The notes: a model not told the origin generated them from the letters alone. A DNA stretch of 64,000 bases from an uncultured Nitrososphaerales archaeon (GCA_963713605.1 CAVQMO010000012.1:325319-389318); one strand, 5' to 3'; counted from the stretch's first letter, positions 22,705-34,539 are shown. A program made the numbers and translations.

Positions 22705-23085
22705 TTATATCCAACGGAGGACTGCTTCAACGGTGTCACTTGGGTTAGTATTGAAACATATTTTTGAAGATGGCGGGGCCTTCTGATGGATGGTATTGAT
22801 AATTTTCTCAAATAGAAGGGTATGCTGCGGTATTATTCTAGTGCCAGCACCAATCATAATGCAGTCAAATTTTTCCCGTGAGAGTGTGTCTGAGACAACG
22901 CTTTCAGCAGTCTCTCCAAAGTCTACAAGACAGGTTTGCACTTCGTATCCTAAGTCCATTAGTCTTTTGATTGCATCTTGTGCTGTAGCCTGTACCCGGC
23001 TGGCATCCCATCCAGTGGTATTAGCAAGATTGGAATCAATTAACTTGGGGTCAATACCTGTCAGGAGAACTTTTTTCTTTGTCAT
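22705..23085 (-). CDS. conserved hypothetical alpha/beta protein
   Basis: FDCIMIGAG..LLFEKIIN..ICFNTNPSDTVEAVLRW; ATG 23085 with TTATAAA upstream. Confidence 0.8.
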   Translation of the reverse strand: MTKKKVLLTGIDPKLIDSNLANTTGWDASRVQATAQDAIKRLMDLGYEVQTCLVDFGETAESVVSDTLSREKFDCIMIGAGTRIIPQHTLLFEKIINTIHQKAPPSSKICFNTNPSDTVEAVLRWI

Positions 23086-23474
23086 ACTCTCCTTATGGTG
23101 GGTCGTTCTATTTAATTTATAAAACCTGTTGCCTGTGCGTAAACCAATGCAGTTGTCGTCTTTAATGTTACCGAATAAGCGATAGGAGTCAGAAATCGCC
23201 CTCCACAAAAAATATTCTTCGTGATAAAATTATTGTATAGATGTTTTTGATGTCTTGGCAGTAATAGCTCGATGTTTTACTCTTACTCTTACATACGCAG
23301 CAGGAGCCAGAAAAATGGAACAAAGAACCAAAATGAAACCGCATATGGAGATCAAAGGCTTATTATCTTCATGATAGCCACGATGCACATTAGTCTCGAT
23401 CGAGTTCAGGAAAGGCAAGATGCTGTATTTGTGCTGTGCGATCACTAAAGTAATTTTCTGCTTTTATAGGAAGC

Positions 23475-23850
23475 TCAAAAAAAGAACTCTCTGAGGTTTT
23501 TGCCAAGCTCTAGGTAAACTTTTAGGCAGCAAAGCATTTGCATCCATCCCTCGCAATGGCTATATGATTCATCTAGGGATTTTTGTATTTGATTCTTCCA
23601 CCCTGTTTCTTTTATCTTGACGAGGGTCGAGTGCCGATCAAGAGCTTCAAAGGTCATCTCCGACTTGGTTATCGTTTCCTTCTAAATTAGCCATTCGAGA
23701 ATAATTTTCTCATTTTTAATTGTCCGTTTAATGTGAACTGGAAATGCTCCTGGAAAGTCATGAAAATCCCATGTCACATCTTTTCCTTCGTCAAGTGTAT
23801 CACTTGAACTGCCTGTCGTGAAATATCCGCTAAGTTTTTTGGGATATGAT
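23475..23850 (-). pseudogene. SRPBCC/AHSA1 domain protein, disrupted
   Basis: PKKLSGYFTT..TWDFHDFPGAFPV..TLVKIKETGW..GWMQMLCCLKVYLE; internal disruption and missing start. Confidence 0.75.
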
Positions 23851-24081
23851 CGCTGGATCAATGATTATGCAACAAAAGCTATTGATCTGCTTGCTCGGAT
23901 GAAACACGAGATTGAAAAACAATGAGGTGATCGCAGTTCTAGACTGGTTATCATATGTGCTTTAGCGCTATACCTACCATCATGATTATTGATGAGTTAT
24001 GGTTCATCGGTTATTTGCTAGCTTTGTTATTATCCATAACTAGCTGCTAACATAACTATGAATTACTTGATACTCTAATCA

Positions 24082-24311
24082 AGATAAACTCTATGTAATT
24101 GGAGGAGACGCAAATGAACAGTCACTAAATGTTGTGAAGTCATATAATCCTGCCACGGATCAATGGACTGCCCATACACCCATGCCGACTGCTAGACACT
24201 ACGCAGCTTCTGCAGTAGTAGATGGAAATATTTATGTTATAGGAGGCAGGCTGACTAACTCTGGTTAATACAGATGTAGTAGAGAAGTACAACCCTAGTT
24301 CTGATAGCTAG
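24082..24311 (+). pseudogene. Kelch repeat protein fragment
   Basis: DKLYVI/GG..SYNPATDQWT..PMPTARH..VVDGNIYVIGG. Confidence 0.8.
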
Positions 24312-24556
24312 GAGGTATCGATTGAAATTCGTGAAATTAATCATTGATTGCAACAATAATCATTATTATTATTATCACATCTGCAATCTATCGGCTCTTT
24401 CAAGCAAAATCTGCAGATAATTATACCACAACCACTACATGTATTATTCTTTAGAGTACAACCCTAGTGCTTGCAGTTATCCACATAAACTATAATGACC
24501 GAAGATATAAAAAGCTCACGAAGTCTTTTTAAGCGATAAAAAGCATAATAGTAATA

Positions 24557-24673
24557 ATGTGTTTCGACTATGAATTTCCAGAACTAGAAAAGGATCTAAT
24601 AAAACCAATAAAGCAGAAGAAAAATATTGAAACAGAGAAAATGGAAGAAAGACCATTAACTGTGACTGCCTAG
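24557..24673 (+). CDS. 38 aa small protein
   Basis: MCFDYEFPELEKDLIKPIKQKKNIETEKMEERPLTVTA*; TTTTAAG about 25 bp upstream and oligo-T downstream. Confidence 0.55.
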   Translation: MCFDYEFPELEKDLIKPIKQKKNIETEKMEERPLTVTA

Positions 24674-24719
24674 GCATATCGATTGCAGTACTTACTTATT
24701 TTTTTAAAAGCCTTGTCAT

Positions 24720-25175
24720 GGGTAGATATATAGACATTGTAATAAAAGAAGTTAAAAAAGTGATAAATCTTCATCACGTAGCTCTGAGTGAAGTTTTCTT
24801 AGGTATTGAGAATTGTGCCTAACTACTTCGCTTTAACTAGACAATATCTAACTCTAGCGAATTACAGTTACATTTCGTTATCCTCAAAATCTAAACATAG
24901 AAAAGGCAAGGCTAGATAATATCATTAATTCTATTCGGCTAAATAATGAAATATGTGTCAAGGTTAATCAGATAGTTAAGCAAGAAATAGAAAGCGTCAT
25001 GTCAAATCCTAGAATGCTGTTAAGATTAGTTTTTGCTTCTCTATTCGAATCTTCAAGAAAGTATCCAGGAAAATTTCAGACCTTGTACTCTAACATGACT
25101 TCTCACTTATATTAAAACAAATATTATCGCAGTCGTTCATTAGTCATGATGTAAACCAGTCTGGAACCAGGCAAG
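24720..25175 (+). pseudogene. degraded helical/coiled-coil hypothetical protein
   Basis: Residual frame IINSIRLNNEICVKVNQIVKQEIESVMSNPRMLLRLVFASLFESSRKYPGKFQTLYSNM without a start. Confidence 0.5.
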
Positions 25176-25899
25176 ATGAGTTGGCTGGTATGGGTCTTCG
25201 CCCAAATACCAACACCAGCCAATTCTGTATTATTATTAATATCTCATCTTTCCTTCGAAAGGTTGTAACTAGCAGGTTGGGCTGCCAACGGCCCACAAAT
25301 GCAGATATCTGTCATTGATTAATAACTCGCTCTATGGTTCCACGCATTACACTCCTTCGAAACGAAGAGAGGTCTAGTCATTGCTAGCATAATAATGGTC
25401 CATCCTAAAAAATATTGCAGCTCCAATGAAGCTGATAAATAAGCTACCATATGTAAACTAGAAGCAGTTCGTTGACAGATGTTGCCGAATCATTAGTGAT
25501 TCATACGTGCATAGACCCGTTCTAAACGTATATGTACCAGAGCTACGTGATTAATTCCATACCTAATTTATCCCTTGCATGTATAGCAAAAGATCATAGA
25601 GCATGTGACAATAGTAAGAGTACGTGTGAATGCGATTGCCATAGGTTTAAAGAAAGCTAAACAACAGTAAAATTAGTCGCGAAGCATAAAAATTACTCAT
25701 TAAAGAACTTCGTAAGTTGTAGACATCCTGATAAGGAAACGCTACCTCTCTTACGCCAACCAACTCCACTTAATACCTTATCTTCCATTTGAAAGGATTG
25801 TAACTTGCAGGTTGACCTGTCCATTCAGGACTAGTTACTCTCTTGATATCTTCTTGTATACTACACATATGACAGCATTGGAGCAGCTGCATCTTCCGT

Positions 25900-26418
25900 C
25901 TATCCATCGAGTGGACGGAACCAGCCACCGGCAGCAAGTGCTTGTCCTGCCTCTGAATCGGCTAGATTCCAACTAATCAAATGGTCTATATTGACTTTCA
26001 CGGTTACGTCGTCGCCTCGAGATAAATAAGAGGCAATACTCGGGTTACTGAGCCCGTCTGGTGTGACGTACTTCAAATGAATCGAGTGATTCATCTTCCT
26101 CGCCTGTTCTCCTTCAACGAGTTCTACCTGGCCTCTGATCAGCACTCCTTTGAGGTTCAGTCCGGCCTTTGACACGTCAATCATCACGGATGCACGAGGT
26201 CTTGCCCGCAGGTTCTTGCATTTGTGCGTATGATGGGAAGTCGGAATACAGATGTTGTTATCAATCCGTAGGAACCACATAGGCAAAAGGTGAATGCCTC
26301 CGTCGTCATCGGTTGTGGCCAAGTTTGCGATGAGCGTCATCGAAAGGATCTGGTCAATCTCGGCGGAGCTGAGGACCAGTGGCTTATTTGCAGCACCATT
26401 AGCAGAGTTGTCTATCAT
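25900..26418 (-). CDS. pyridoxamine 5'-phosphate oxidase-like (PPOX, possibly F420-binding) protein
   Basis: ANLAT..GIHLLPMWF, KCKNLRARPRASV, GVLIRG. Confidence 0.85.
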   Translation of the reverse strand: MIDNSANGAANKPLVLSSAEIDQILSMTLIANLATTDDDGGIHLLPMWFLRIDNNICIPTSHHTHKCKNLRARPRASVMIDVSKAGLNLKGVLIRGQVELVEGEQARKMNHSIHLKYVTPDGLSNPSIASYLSRGDDVTVKVNIDHLISWNLADSEAGQALAAGGWFRPLDG

Positions 26419-26813
26419 ATTCTCATCCTCTTCCGGGGGCTATAGTCTTTGATATGGGACTATATTGATAACGATAATCTATCATAACGTTTCTCCTAGT
26501 TCACTGTATATTAGTCTTGCTATCATGATAGCAATATAACTCGAGCCTGTTAGGAATCCTATGTCAGTGATATTAAACGAGGCCATCATCTAAGCTATGC
26601 CATATCCTTTCTTCATGAAGATTTAGTACTTTGCTATGTTTGTGCTTAGACCATTCATCTAGCACCTGTGTCCAATCTAACTTTCAATTGAGCTGATTAG
26701 CATAGCCTAACCTACTAAGGAAACGTGTCAAAAACTTATTATCAGTTGCTGCCCTTCTAAGCTTAGAGAATTTGAAGTAATGTTAAATATACATCCAACG
26801 TACCTTTTTAAGA

Positions 26814-27062
26814 GTGAAGACAAGGAAGCAGACAGGCAAATCTATCACTGATTCTTCTGTAGAAGAAATAATAAATAATTGGACTCGTAGGTCACAGATG
26901 GAAGGCCTATGTGGCATTGTCAATTGCTATAACAAACCTACCACTAAATGTAAGAAATGCAAAGATTATTACTGTAAAGAGCATTTCAAATCCCACTTGG
27001 ACATAGTTCCTGATGCAGACTCTACTGAGAATGGAGTGAAAGGATTAGATTACTATACATAA
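26814..27062 (+). CDS. small zinc-finger protein
   Basis: CGIVNC..CKKC..YYCKEHFKSH. Confidence 0.7.
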   Translation: MKTRKQTGKSITDSSVEEIINNWTRRSQMEGLCGIVNCYNKPTTKCKKCKDYYCKEHFKSHLDIVPDADSTENGVKGLDYYT

Positions 27063-27082
27063 TCTGACAACTGAAAATCGAT

Positions 27083-27979
27083 TTGGTTCGAAATTCTAGA
27101 ATTTTTGTTTGCGTAGATAAAACCTCAGAAATTAGCATGACATGCCGATATCAAGTTACCTTAAAAGAAATATTTAAGGAATATTGTATTTTATTTGGAG
27201 CTGAATCATTGGAACAATCAAATGTAGGTTTTGGCTCGCTTCATACCGCTGCAATTTTGTTTGAAGGCATATTTCAACTCAGGTTGGCTACTGATGTGGA
27301 TCCATCAGACGAGCTTCGAGGAAAATTAGGGTGGACGTTCGCATATGATGAAGAATCAGATTTGGATAGAATAATAAGGTTCAATTATCCTATTGCTGAA
27401 AGGTCGTTCGTCGACAACGTTGGTGTATTTGTGAAAAGCGCGTATCTAGATGGACAATACATAGATGACTCTCTTATAGGTCAGATGGTAAATTTGGGCT
27501 CACAAAGCTATTTTGATGGAACGGCAGGTGCCAATGGTAGAGAACCTATAATCAATTTTGAACTACACGTAGGAAATGATAATGATTACATTTGTGGGCG
27601 ATCAAATATGCCACCTGTAGGAAATGGAGCGTTTGCAATAAGACCAGAACTAGCTGCCGAATTAGGATTAGGTTCTATGATAAAACTTAAAGCTTTAAAA
27701 GAATCACGCAAACAAGCATTGCAATCCACAGGAAATAGTATAGATCGGCAAAGGCTAGTGAATATCGACAGGTCTCTAAATTTCGGAGTCCTCATGATGC
27801 AGGTCGATTATAATACAAGAATTGATGAACTAATCCTCAATCCTTATAATTCGGAAGTAGTAAAAATTATTTATGATAAAGCTATTAGAAACCTATTGTT
27901 CCGGGCGCTATTTTATAGCTTCGATGGAGATGGATTAATTGGCCACGTTAGGGGAGAAATCGTTTCCAATTTTAGATAA
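27083..27979 (+). CDS. hypothetical protein
   Basis: Long ORF with protein-like segments (RLATDVDPSDE..GWTFAY..DLDRIIRF); start uncertain. Confidence 0.75.
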   Translation: MVRNSRIFVCVDKTSEISMTCRYQVTLKEIFKEYCILFGAESLEQSNVGFGSLHTAAILFEGIFQLRLATDVDPSDELRGKLGWTFAYDEESDLDRIIRFNYPIAERSFVDNVGVFVKSAYLDGQYIDDSLIGQMVNLGSQSYFDGTAGANGREPIINFELHVGNDNDYICGRSNMPPVGNGAFAIRPELAAELGLGSMIKLKALKESRKQALQSTGNSIDRQRLVNIDRSLNFGVLMMQVDYNTRIDELILNPYNSEVVKIIYDKAIRNLLFRALFYSFDGDGLIGHVRGEIVSNFR

Positions 27980-28020
27980 CTCTTAAGACACTATCTTTAC
28001 ACGAATTTGCACCGGGTTGA

Positions 28021-28386
28021 TTACCTCTTTAAAATCTCCTTTGTTCGAAATATCACAATCTTTTCCAGTAAATCATATGGAATGGGTTTGCTTAGCGGGA
28101 ATTGTACCGAACCTTTTGCTCCTTTGTATTGAGATAATTCTTTTTTGAATGCTTTAATGCCCGATGGTGTCGGATAAAATCCGATATGATTTTTGAAAGC
28201 CGCGAAATGCACTAAATTTTTGTCATTTAATTTGAAAGTAGGAATTTGATAGCTAATCACTTCTACTGCTGCAGGCGCCGCTTTTCGTATTGTCTGCCTG
28301 ATTTTTTCAAGAATACTTTGAACATCTTTCGAAAAGGTCTCGACGTATTCATCTATTGTTTTGAATTGCTTTTTTTGCGTAGGCAT
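28021..28386 (-). CDS. DUF1801/YdhG family protein
   Basis: TIDEY, EVISYQIPTF, FAAFKNHIGFYP, KGSVQFP. Confidence 0.92.
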   Translation of the reverse strand: MPTQKKQFKTIDEYVETFSKDVQSILEKIRQTIRKAAPAAVEVISYQIPTFKLNDKNLVHFAAFKNHIGFYPTPSGIKAFKKELSQYKGAKGSVQFPLSKPIPYDLLEKIVIFRTKEILKR

Positions 28387-28388
28387 AT

Positions 28389-28808
28389 TTACTTCTCTTC
28401 GACGTATTTTCTAAAGTTATTGAGAATAGCTTGCCAACCCGCTCGTTGCATCTCTTCTGGATTTTTCTTTTCTGGCTCAAATGTTTCGGTGACTCGGGCA
28501 CCATCTGGAAGCCCGGCAAATTCTACTTTCACATGCCGACCATCGTCTAAGTCATACTCAATGAGCTCATTCTCTATAACGTTGGTATATTTACCAGTAA
28601 AATCAAAACTTGTACTCTTGTTTTTAGCAGCCATAACGGTTTTGAACTTTCCATCCACGCGTATATCATTCTCAGCCGCAGGCGCCTCCCAATCATCTGA
28701 AGCAAAAGTCCAGTGTACAATATGTTCGGGCTTTGTCCAAAACTTCCACACCTTTTCAATGGGAGCCCTGATGATGCTTTCAACGGTGATTGTTGTTTTT
28801 TGATCCAT
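28389..28808 (-). CDS. SRPBCC/AHSA1 domain protein
   Basis: APIEKVWKFWTKPEHI..W and GWQAILNNF; operonic with the DUF1801 gene. Confidence 0.92.
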   Translation of the reverse strand: MDQKTTITVESIIRAPIEKVWKFWTKPEHIVHWTFASDDWEAPAAENDIRVDGKFKTVMAAKNKSTSFDFTGKYTNVIENELIEYDLDDGRHVKVEFAGLPDGARVTETFEPEKKNPEEMQRAGWQAILNNFRKYVEEK

Positions 28809-29150
28809 AAATTGTCTCTATTACAAATGATATAAAAAACATTACTTCCCTACCTGCGAATTTGGCTATGACGTTCCTGAAGTAAAGAACGATGGGGATT
28901 TACGTGCTTGTGCTACAGCAGAAGATGAATACGCACCCATTACGTCCTCTATAAGTTAAGATTACACGTTGGCTGTCAACGTAATCTCTTGGATATTAGA
29001 AAGGGTTACTTTTGCTATTACTAAATATAGTAGCAATACTGTGGCCAGACTTAACGCTATAGTTTTATGAGTTCCCTGATCCTGTCATTATCATAGTATT
29101 ATCTCCAAACCATTGATAAGCAATAGTCGCTATAGCGTATTAGAAATAGC

Positions 29151-29330
29151 TTGGGTAAATGGAGATGCCTATGGTGTTCTAAAGTGTTGGAAGGGGAATC
29201 CTTTATGGATCTAATTGAGGCGTCCCGAAAAAAGGAAGGTGAGCAGCATGTACACGGCTGGGAGAATATCACTTTAGAAGACGAAGTAATAGCAACTGCT
29301 ATACTGAAGACTAAACTAACCGCGGTTTAG
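29151..29330 (+). CDS. 59 aa CxxC...HxH putative zinc-binding protein (paralogue A)
   Basis: TTG start, MGKWRCLWCSKVLEGESFMDLIEASRKKEGEQHVHGWE; close paralogue at 37849-38025 with frame conserved. Confidence 0.7.
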   Translation: MGKWRCLWCSKVLEGESFMDLIEASRKKEGEQHVHGWENITLEDEVIATAILKTKLTAV

Positions 29331-29547
29331 TCCTACTTTGTTTTATTATCTTGATTATTAGAATAATGATTTAGTTGTTTTCTTGTTTTTAAACCAATAC
29401 CTATTTAGAGTACGTCTTGCAGCTGAAATCAAGAAGGTAAGGTATCAATTTAGGTACATTTCCTTGGCATGGACATTTAAGGGCCCAAACGATGGAATAG
29501 AAAAAATAGGTTTAGTCGCATTCACCACTTGTAAATATCCATGCGAT

Positions 29548-29772
29548 TTAGGGTGTCATTGCAGGAGGAGTTGCCATTCCGCTTCCTGCCATATCCGAAC
29601 CGGTCATATTTCCTTCTGTATAATTTCCTCCATCTGTCATATTTCCGCCTTGTGCAAATGTAGGTGCAATAATAGATATTCCTCCTATGGATGCTACTGT
29701 GACCGCTCCTAAAGTGACCATCGCTACAAAGATTGTAGCCAGAATTCCTGTATTCATATTCGGGTACATCAC
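29548..29772 (-). CDS. secreted Met/Gly-rich small protein (GNMT repeats)
   Basis: Signal peptide ending TFA-Q, then GGNMTDGGNYTEGNMTGSDMAGSGM; TTTAAA upstream. Confidence 0.7.
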   Translation of the reverse strand: MMYPNMNTGILATIFVAMVTLGAVTVASIGGISIIAPTFAQGGNMTDGGNYTEGNMTGSDMAGSGMATPPAMTP

Positions 29773-29919
29773 GGCAGTTAAAACTACAAACTATTTAAAA
29801 GTTGTATATACCTCTACTTAAATTGTTGACCCAACTGTTCATAAGAATTGACACTTTAATATATCGATATCTAAGACAGTATCCTATGGTTATGACGATG
29901 TGGTAACTATTGAATAGCT

Positions 29920-30228
29920 AAGAAATCCAGCAAAAGAATAGGCAAAAATGAAGATTTTATCAAGATTTTTAAGGTAGGGGATTTACTGTAATACTGCACA
30001 TACGACTTAATATAGCATGGTCAAAGAGATGGAGAAGAATGGATTGATCCAAAGAAAGATCTATCATTAGACACCAGTCAGGATAGATATAACTTGACAC
30101 AAAAAGGTAGAAACCTCAAATCGATTCTTGATCAGATGGCAGTGTTCTCTGTACAATTCTGTGTTAATGATGTCTTCGAGGATGGAAAACCTAGAACGAA
30201 TAAAGAGTTATCTAAAATATTATCATAG
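29920..30228 (+). pseudogene. HxlR-type winged-helix regulator, degraded
   Basis: KEMEKNGLIQRKIYH*TPVRI./LTQKGRNLKSILDQMAVFS; contains a stop and frameshifts. Confidence 0.7.
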
Positions 30229-30738
30229 CATATGTTGTCATATCTATCAAAAAAAGGTCGACCTATTCAAGGCGGTGAGGATAATCAAATCCACAATTAT
30301 GTCAGCAATATCTTCTGCATAAGCTAATCTGAAGTTAGATGGACCTATGAAAAATCTAACCTAATCCTATTATGAATAATCTTTCAGAAGGGTTAAGGGA
30401 GCTACTTGTCTATTCGTATAACATGCCAGAGAGACATTCATTATTACTAATAATGGCTAAGCACCTAATAACTTAGCTAAGAGTATAGAAACCCTCTATT
30501 GAACACTCTAATTTCGCTGTCAAATGTCATCAAATCTTTTATTATAGTAGGCTTTTATTATAATAGCCTTAGGCTGTAACACTCACGAAGTGGTCTATGT
30601 AAAGTGTACTAATCATGCTGTTGTCAATCGACGGCTAAAATCAATGACTGCACGCCATTAACACTATGCACCAGCAGTAATTACGAGGAGGGGAAGTTAG
30701 ATTAACACTGATATTTTCAGAAGCTGCACCATATTATA

Positions 30739-31374
30739 TCAAATCTTGAGTAAAGATATTTTATTTTCCCTGTAGACATTTACCACCAAAATGACATATA
30801 AAAGATCAAAGAATAATATTGAGAAAAATAAAGAGGGTAATACAAAAGAACTCTGCGAGATTGGCTCATAAAAATAAAAGTGTAGACTTGCTAAACCTGT
30901 ACCAGCCATTTTAAAAATTGCAATGAAAATTGATTGACCCCTTAATCCTCTTTTTCGTTTAAAAAACATATATACAAATAGTATCGACATCAATAGATTC
31001 TGTCCAAATGCCGTATATACTCCTCTATTATCATCTAGCAAAATCGCTTCAGATAGTATTATACTAAATACAGAAACTATCAACAAACCAAAAACAATAC
31101 ACACTTTTAATGGTGATAGATTTTTAAGTTCGTTTTTGTAGTATCGGAAGAACTGAAATACAATCACACAGTCCAATCCAAACCAGAGATAATTTACAAA
31201 TAGTTGGGGTGGAGAATGAGGTAGAATAAATGAGAATATAAACTCCCAAGAAATATTAGCACATAACGCAATAAGAGGCATTCCATAAGTTTTGTCTTTG
31301 AAACCCTTGTGTATCATAAAGAGATAGGTAAGAATCCAAAATATTCCTCCTATCGTCAGAATTATCGTCTGCAT
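30739..31374 (-). CDS. integral-membrane terpene cyclase-like protein (PaxB/Pyr4/XiaH-like)
   Basis: About 7 TM segments; W..TY, TYGMPLIALCANISWEF, W..LD, RGQS and FDLLY motifs. Confidence 0.8.
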   Translation of the reverse strand: MQTIILTIGGIFWILTYLFMIHKGFKDKTYGMPLIALCANISWEFIFSFILPHSPPQLFVNYLWFGLDCVIVFQFFRYYKNELKNLSPLKVCIVFGLLIVSVFSIILSEAILLDDNRGVYTAFGQNLLMSILFVYMFFKRKRGLRGQSIFIAIFKMAGTGLASLHFYFYEPISQSSFVLPSLFFSILFFDLLYVILVVNVYRENKISLLKI

Positions 31375-31690
31375 TAAGTTGCCATATTATATAATAATAA
31401 CCCTATTTATCCTGAAGGTATGGGATATTGCATATGTGAGCTGAGAGTGATTGATTTAGTACAGCTATAAAATTAATTAAAGAATCAATTGCAGAACAGA
31501 AAAAAAGGCAATAGTAAAACGGTTTATTAAGAATCCACCGAGACCAAATACCTTATGGACCGAAACCAACAATGACCTTTTTTAGTATTGTATAATGACA
31601 TACTTCTCCTGCATCAATCTTGGGACAATTTTAAGGGAAAAAGATGGGTATAAAAAAACCTAATTATTTTTGCCCCCTCTACGATGCAGA

Positions 31691-33561
31691 CTATGCTCTA
31701 GCCAGATCTGCTTCATAACGCTCCGCAAGGTCTAACAATTCGCAGTCATTCAACGTGTCTGCAAACAACGTCACTCCAAACGGCAAAACATCAGTTCCAT
31801 TGCCCAAGGTACGAAATCCAGCAGGTAGAGCGACTGCTGTCGTCTCCAATAAGTTGGCAAAATTCGTGTATGTTCCTAGATTTGAATTCAGTTGAGTGTT
31901 TGCAGCGGCTTTTTCAGCAAGTTGCTCATCAGTTGGATTTGGTCCAAGATCAAGTTCATAACCGTCTCTCACTTCGTCCAGTCTGTAAATGGTTGGAGTA
32001 GTGGGTAGAAGCATGAAATCAAATCGCTCCCAATCCTTGTTAATCACCTGCTGCTTGATCAAGTTGATTGCCCATTCGTCAGCGTATGCTCCAGTTGCTT
32101 TATTATAGTAGGCGTTCTTAAGAATCAGATACGTGGTCGGATCAATCAACTGATCTGTATTTGGATTAATTGTGATCGGAGCACCACTGGGTTTATTGTC
32201 GAGCACATAGTTGCCATATGTTAGAAAACGTTGTGCAACTGATGCGCCACCGTACAGGAGTCTGGCAACATCTTCCCATGGTTTATAATCGAATAGAACC
32301 GGTTCTCCGCCTATCCTTTGCATACGCTCGACGGCAGCAAGATATTGCTCCTTAGCTCCGGTATCATTCGCCCACAAGTCATTAAGTCTTTTATCCATGA
32401 ATAGTCCCAAGTCAGGATTGATAAGCTCTCTTGGAACACCAAATCTGAACGTTGCAGGAGCCTCTATCCCAGTGCAAGTCATATTATCTGCTTCCGGTCT
32501 GGAGTATGGATCTGTCTCATCAAATCCCTTGATGAGTTCTGCGACATATCCTGCGTCTCCAACATTCAAGGCAAAAATCGTATTGGTATCAACCGATCTT
32601 ACGGCTGGGAATGTGAGATTATTACTAATTAGTCCAGGTGTGGGTTTGTATCCAACCAAGTCATTGAATCCTGCCGGCACACGACCTGAACCAGCTGTGT
32701 CTGTTCCATAGGAAAAGCTTGCCCAGCCTAGTCCAACTGCAAGCAGCAGATCCTGAACTTGATCCCCCGGTAATGTAGTCTTCGTTGCGAATATTATGTA
32801 CAGGACCATATGAAGAACGGGTTCCAACTAACCCTGTAGCGAACTGATCCAAGTTAGCCTTTCCTATCAAGATTGCTCCGTTATCCAGAACACGCTGAAC
32901 GATCAGCGCTGTAGAATTAGCGACAGGCATCACTACAGGGGCATTTGCTATGGGCGCCGCATGACATCTCGTTTCCGGATTAGGTGCAACATCAAACCTT
33001 AGAAGAGAAGGATCTTTAAATTCCAAGGTATTTGGAGTCGGAGAACCAGGCAGGCCTTCGACTTGAGGATAATCACAATTGGGGAACTTTGTCCAATTAG
33101 CACTGCCTATGGTGGTTTCCATACCTGCAACGTCTACGATATCCTTCACGACGAATGGTATACCCCAAAGCGGGTATCTCTCCGAAACATTTACTCCAGG
33201 AGGAAGGCTCGCTTTGCAAGGCTTTGAGCTCATCCACCCTTTCAAGTGCGTCAGCTCTAGAAACCCTAGAAATCAGAATTGGGTTATTTTCATTGGCATC
33301 ATTAAGCTCAATGCGATCATAGATGTCATTAATTAAGACTGCTGGATCCAGTGAATTGTTTTCGTATCTTATCAGCAGAGAGTCAATTCCCATCTCTTCA
33401 GATGTCGCAATGCGCTGTCCCGTCATGTAAGTACCTGGGTCTGCAGTAACAGTGGCATATGTTATTTGCCCGACTATTGAAGATAAGACTAGGATAGATA
33501 CGAAAAAGAACGCAAGTACTAGATACGCTATTCTATTCGACGTTACCTTTTTAGTCTCCAT
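31691..33561 (-). CDS. allophanate hydrolase-like amidase with N-terminal signal/anchor (two +1 frameshifts)
   Basis: [54 protein letters not shown]..(V)[17 protein letters not shown]; ~622 aa when repaired. Confidence 0.88.
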
Positions 33562-33892
33562 CTATAGGAAATAAATGATCTTTCTATTTAACATTTTAAC
33601 ATAAGTGATTGACCACTAATATACTTCAGTCACTATTGCTATGAATTACTGGCCAGCAGCAGAGCAATTTAGAACATGGCAGTGGGGACACTCAGCTGAT
33701 GATTTGCTCTGCATACATTCGTATGGATTACAGCCACAGTCGACACATGTTATTTTCATCTGATACACGTCATATGATACTTAGTATTTTTAAAATGATC
33801 CTAGTTAGCTACCCTTTAGACAAAGAGGTGGATCTTCTTCGACCATGAGCTTCAAACAATGTACATCTGTTGGAAGCCCAGTAAATCTTTTT

Positions 33893-34276
33893 TTATAAAA
33901 AATAAGAGAGATTATTGAAGTCAAGACTAACAGCTATTACGGAGTATTCATAATCCTTTAATTCGCTTTTTTCCGAAGTAGTAGTTGACAGACTACCCTT
34001 GGAACTACGCCCCTTTGGTATAATAAATCGGAAGGGAATCTCTCTTCTTACTCCCTTCACTACATTAATTGATCTGTTCGACGACATCATGTCAGTCTCA
34101 ATTAATTTTAGAAATGATGAAAGGTCATCGAAGAAAAACTGTTCGTAAGAACGTATCGTTCTTTTACGCTTATAAGATCCCATACTTCCGTGTACTCTGG
34201 TTCTTTCTTCCCCAAAAACCTCTAATCTAAAAATTACGATATTATTGAACCAATGAAAGAGGGTGCAATAAGACAA
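33893..34276 (-). pseudogene. fragment of a beta-sandwich (arrestin-like) hypothetical protein
   Basis: LEVFGEERT...EIPFRFIIP; both ends look non-homologous. Confidence 0.35.
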
Positions 34277-34539
34277 TACTATAACAGATTTTCAGAAGGG
34301 TCTCAGCGTATTAATCAAATATACTCAATATCATTTAGCTGCCCTAACGAAATTCTTATCATGCATGCAAGGTAACCTCTAGGGATCTAACACCTAAACT
34401 AGGATTTCTTATTATGTAACAGGAAAATTTATACGCATATCATGCTTAAAAAACAACGATCTTGTTTATTCCTGTTAATAACTTCTCCGCACTTGATTGG
34501 CATAGAATTTAAAAGCCCATTATAAATGCTGAACAGGAC

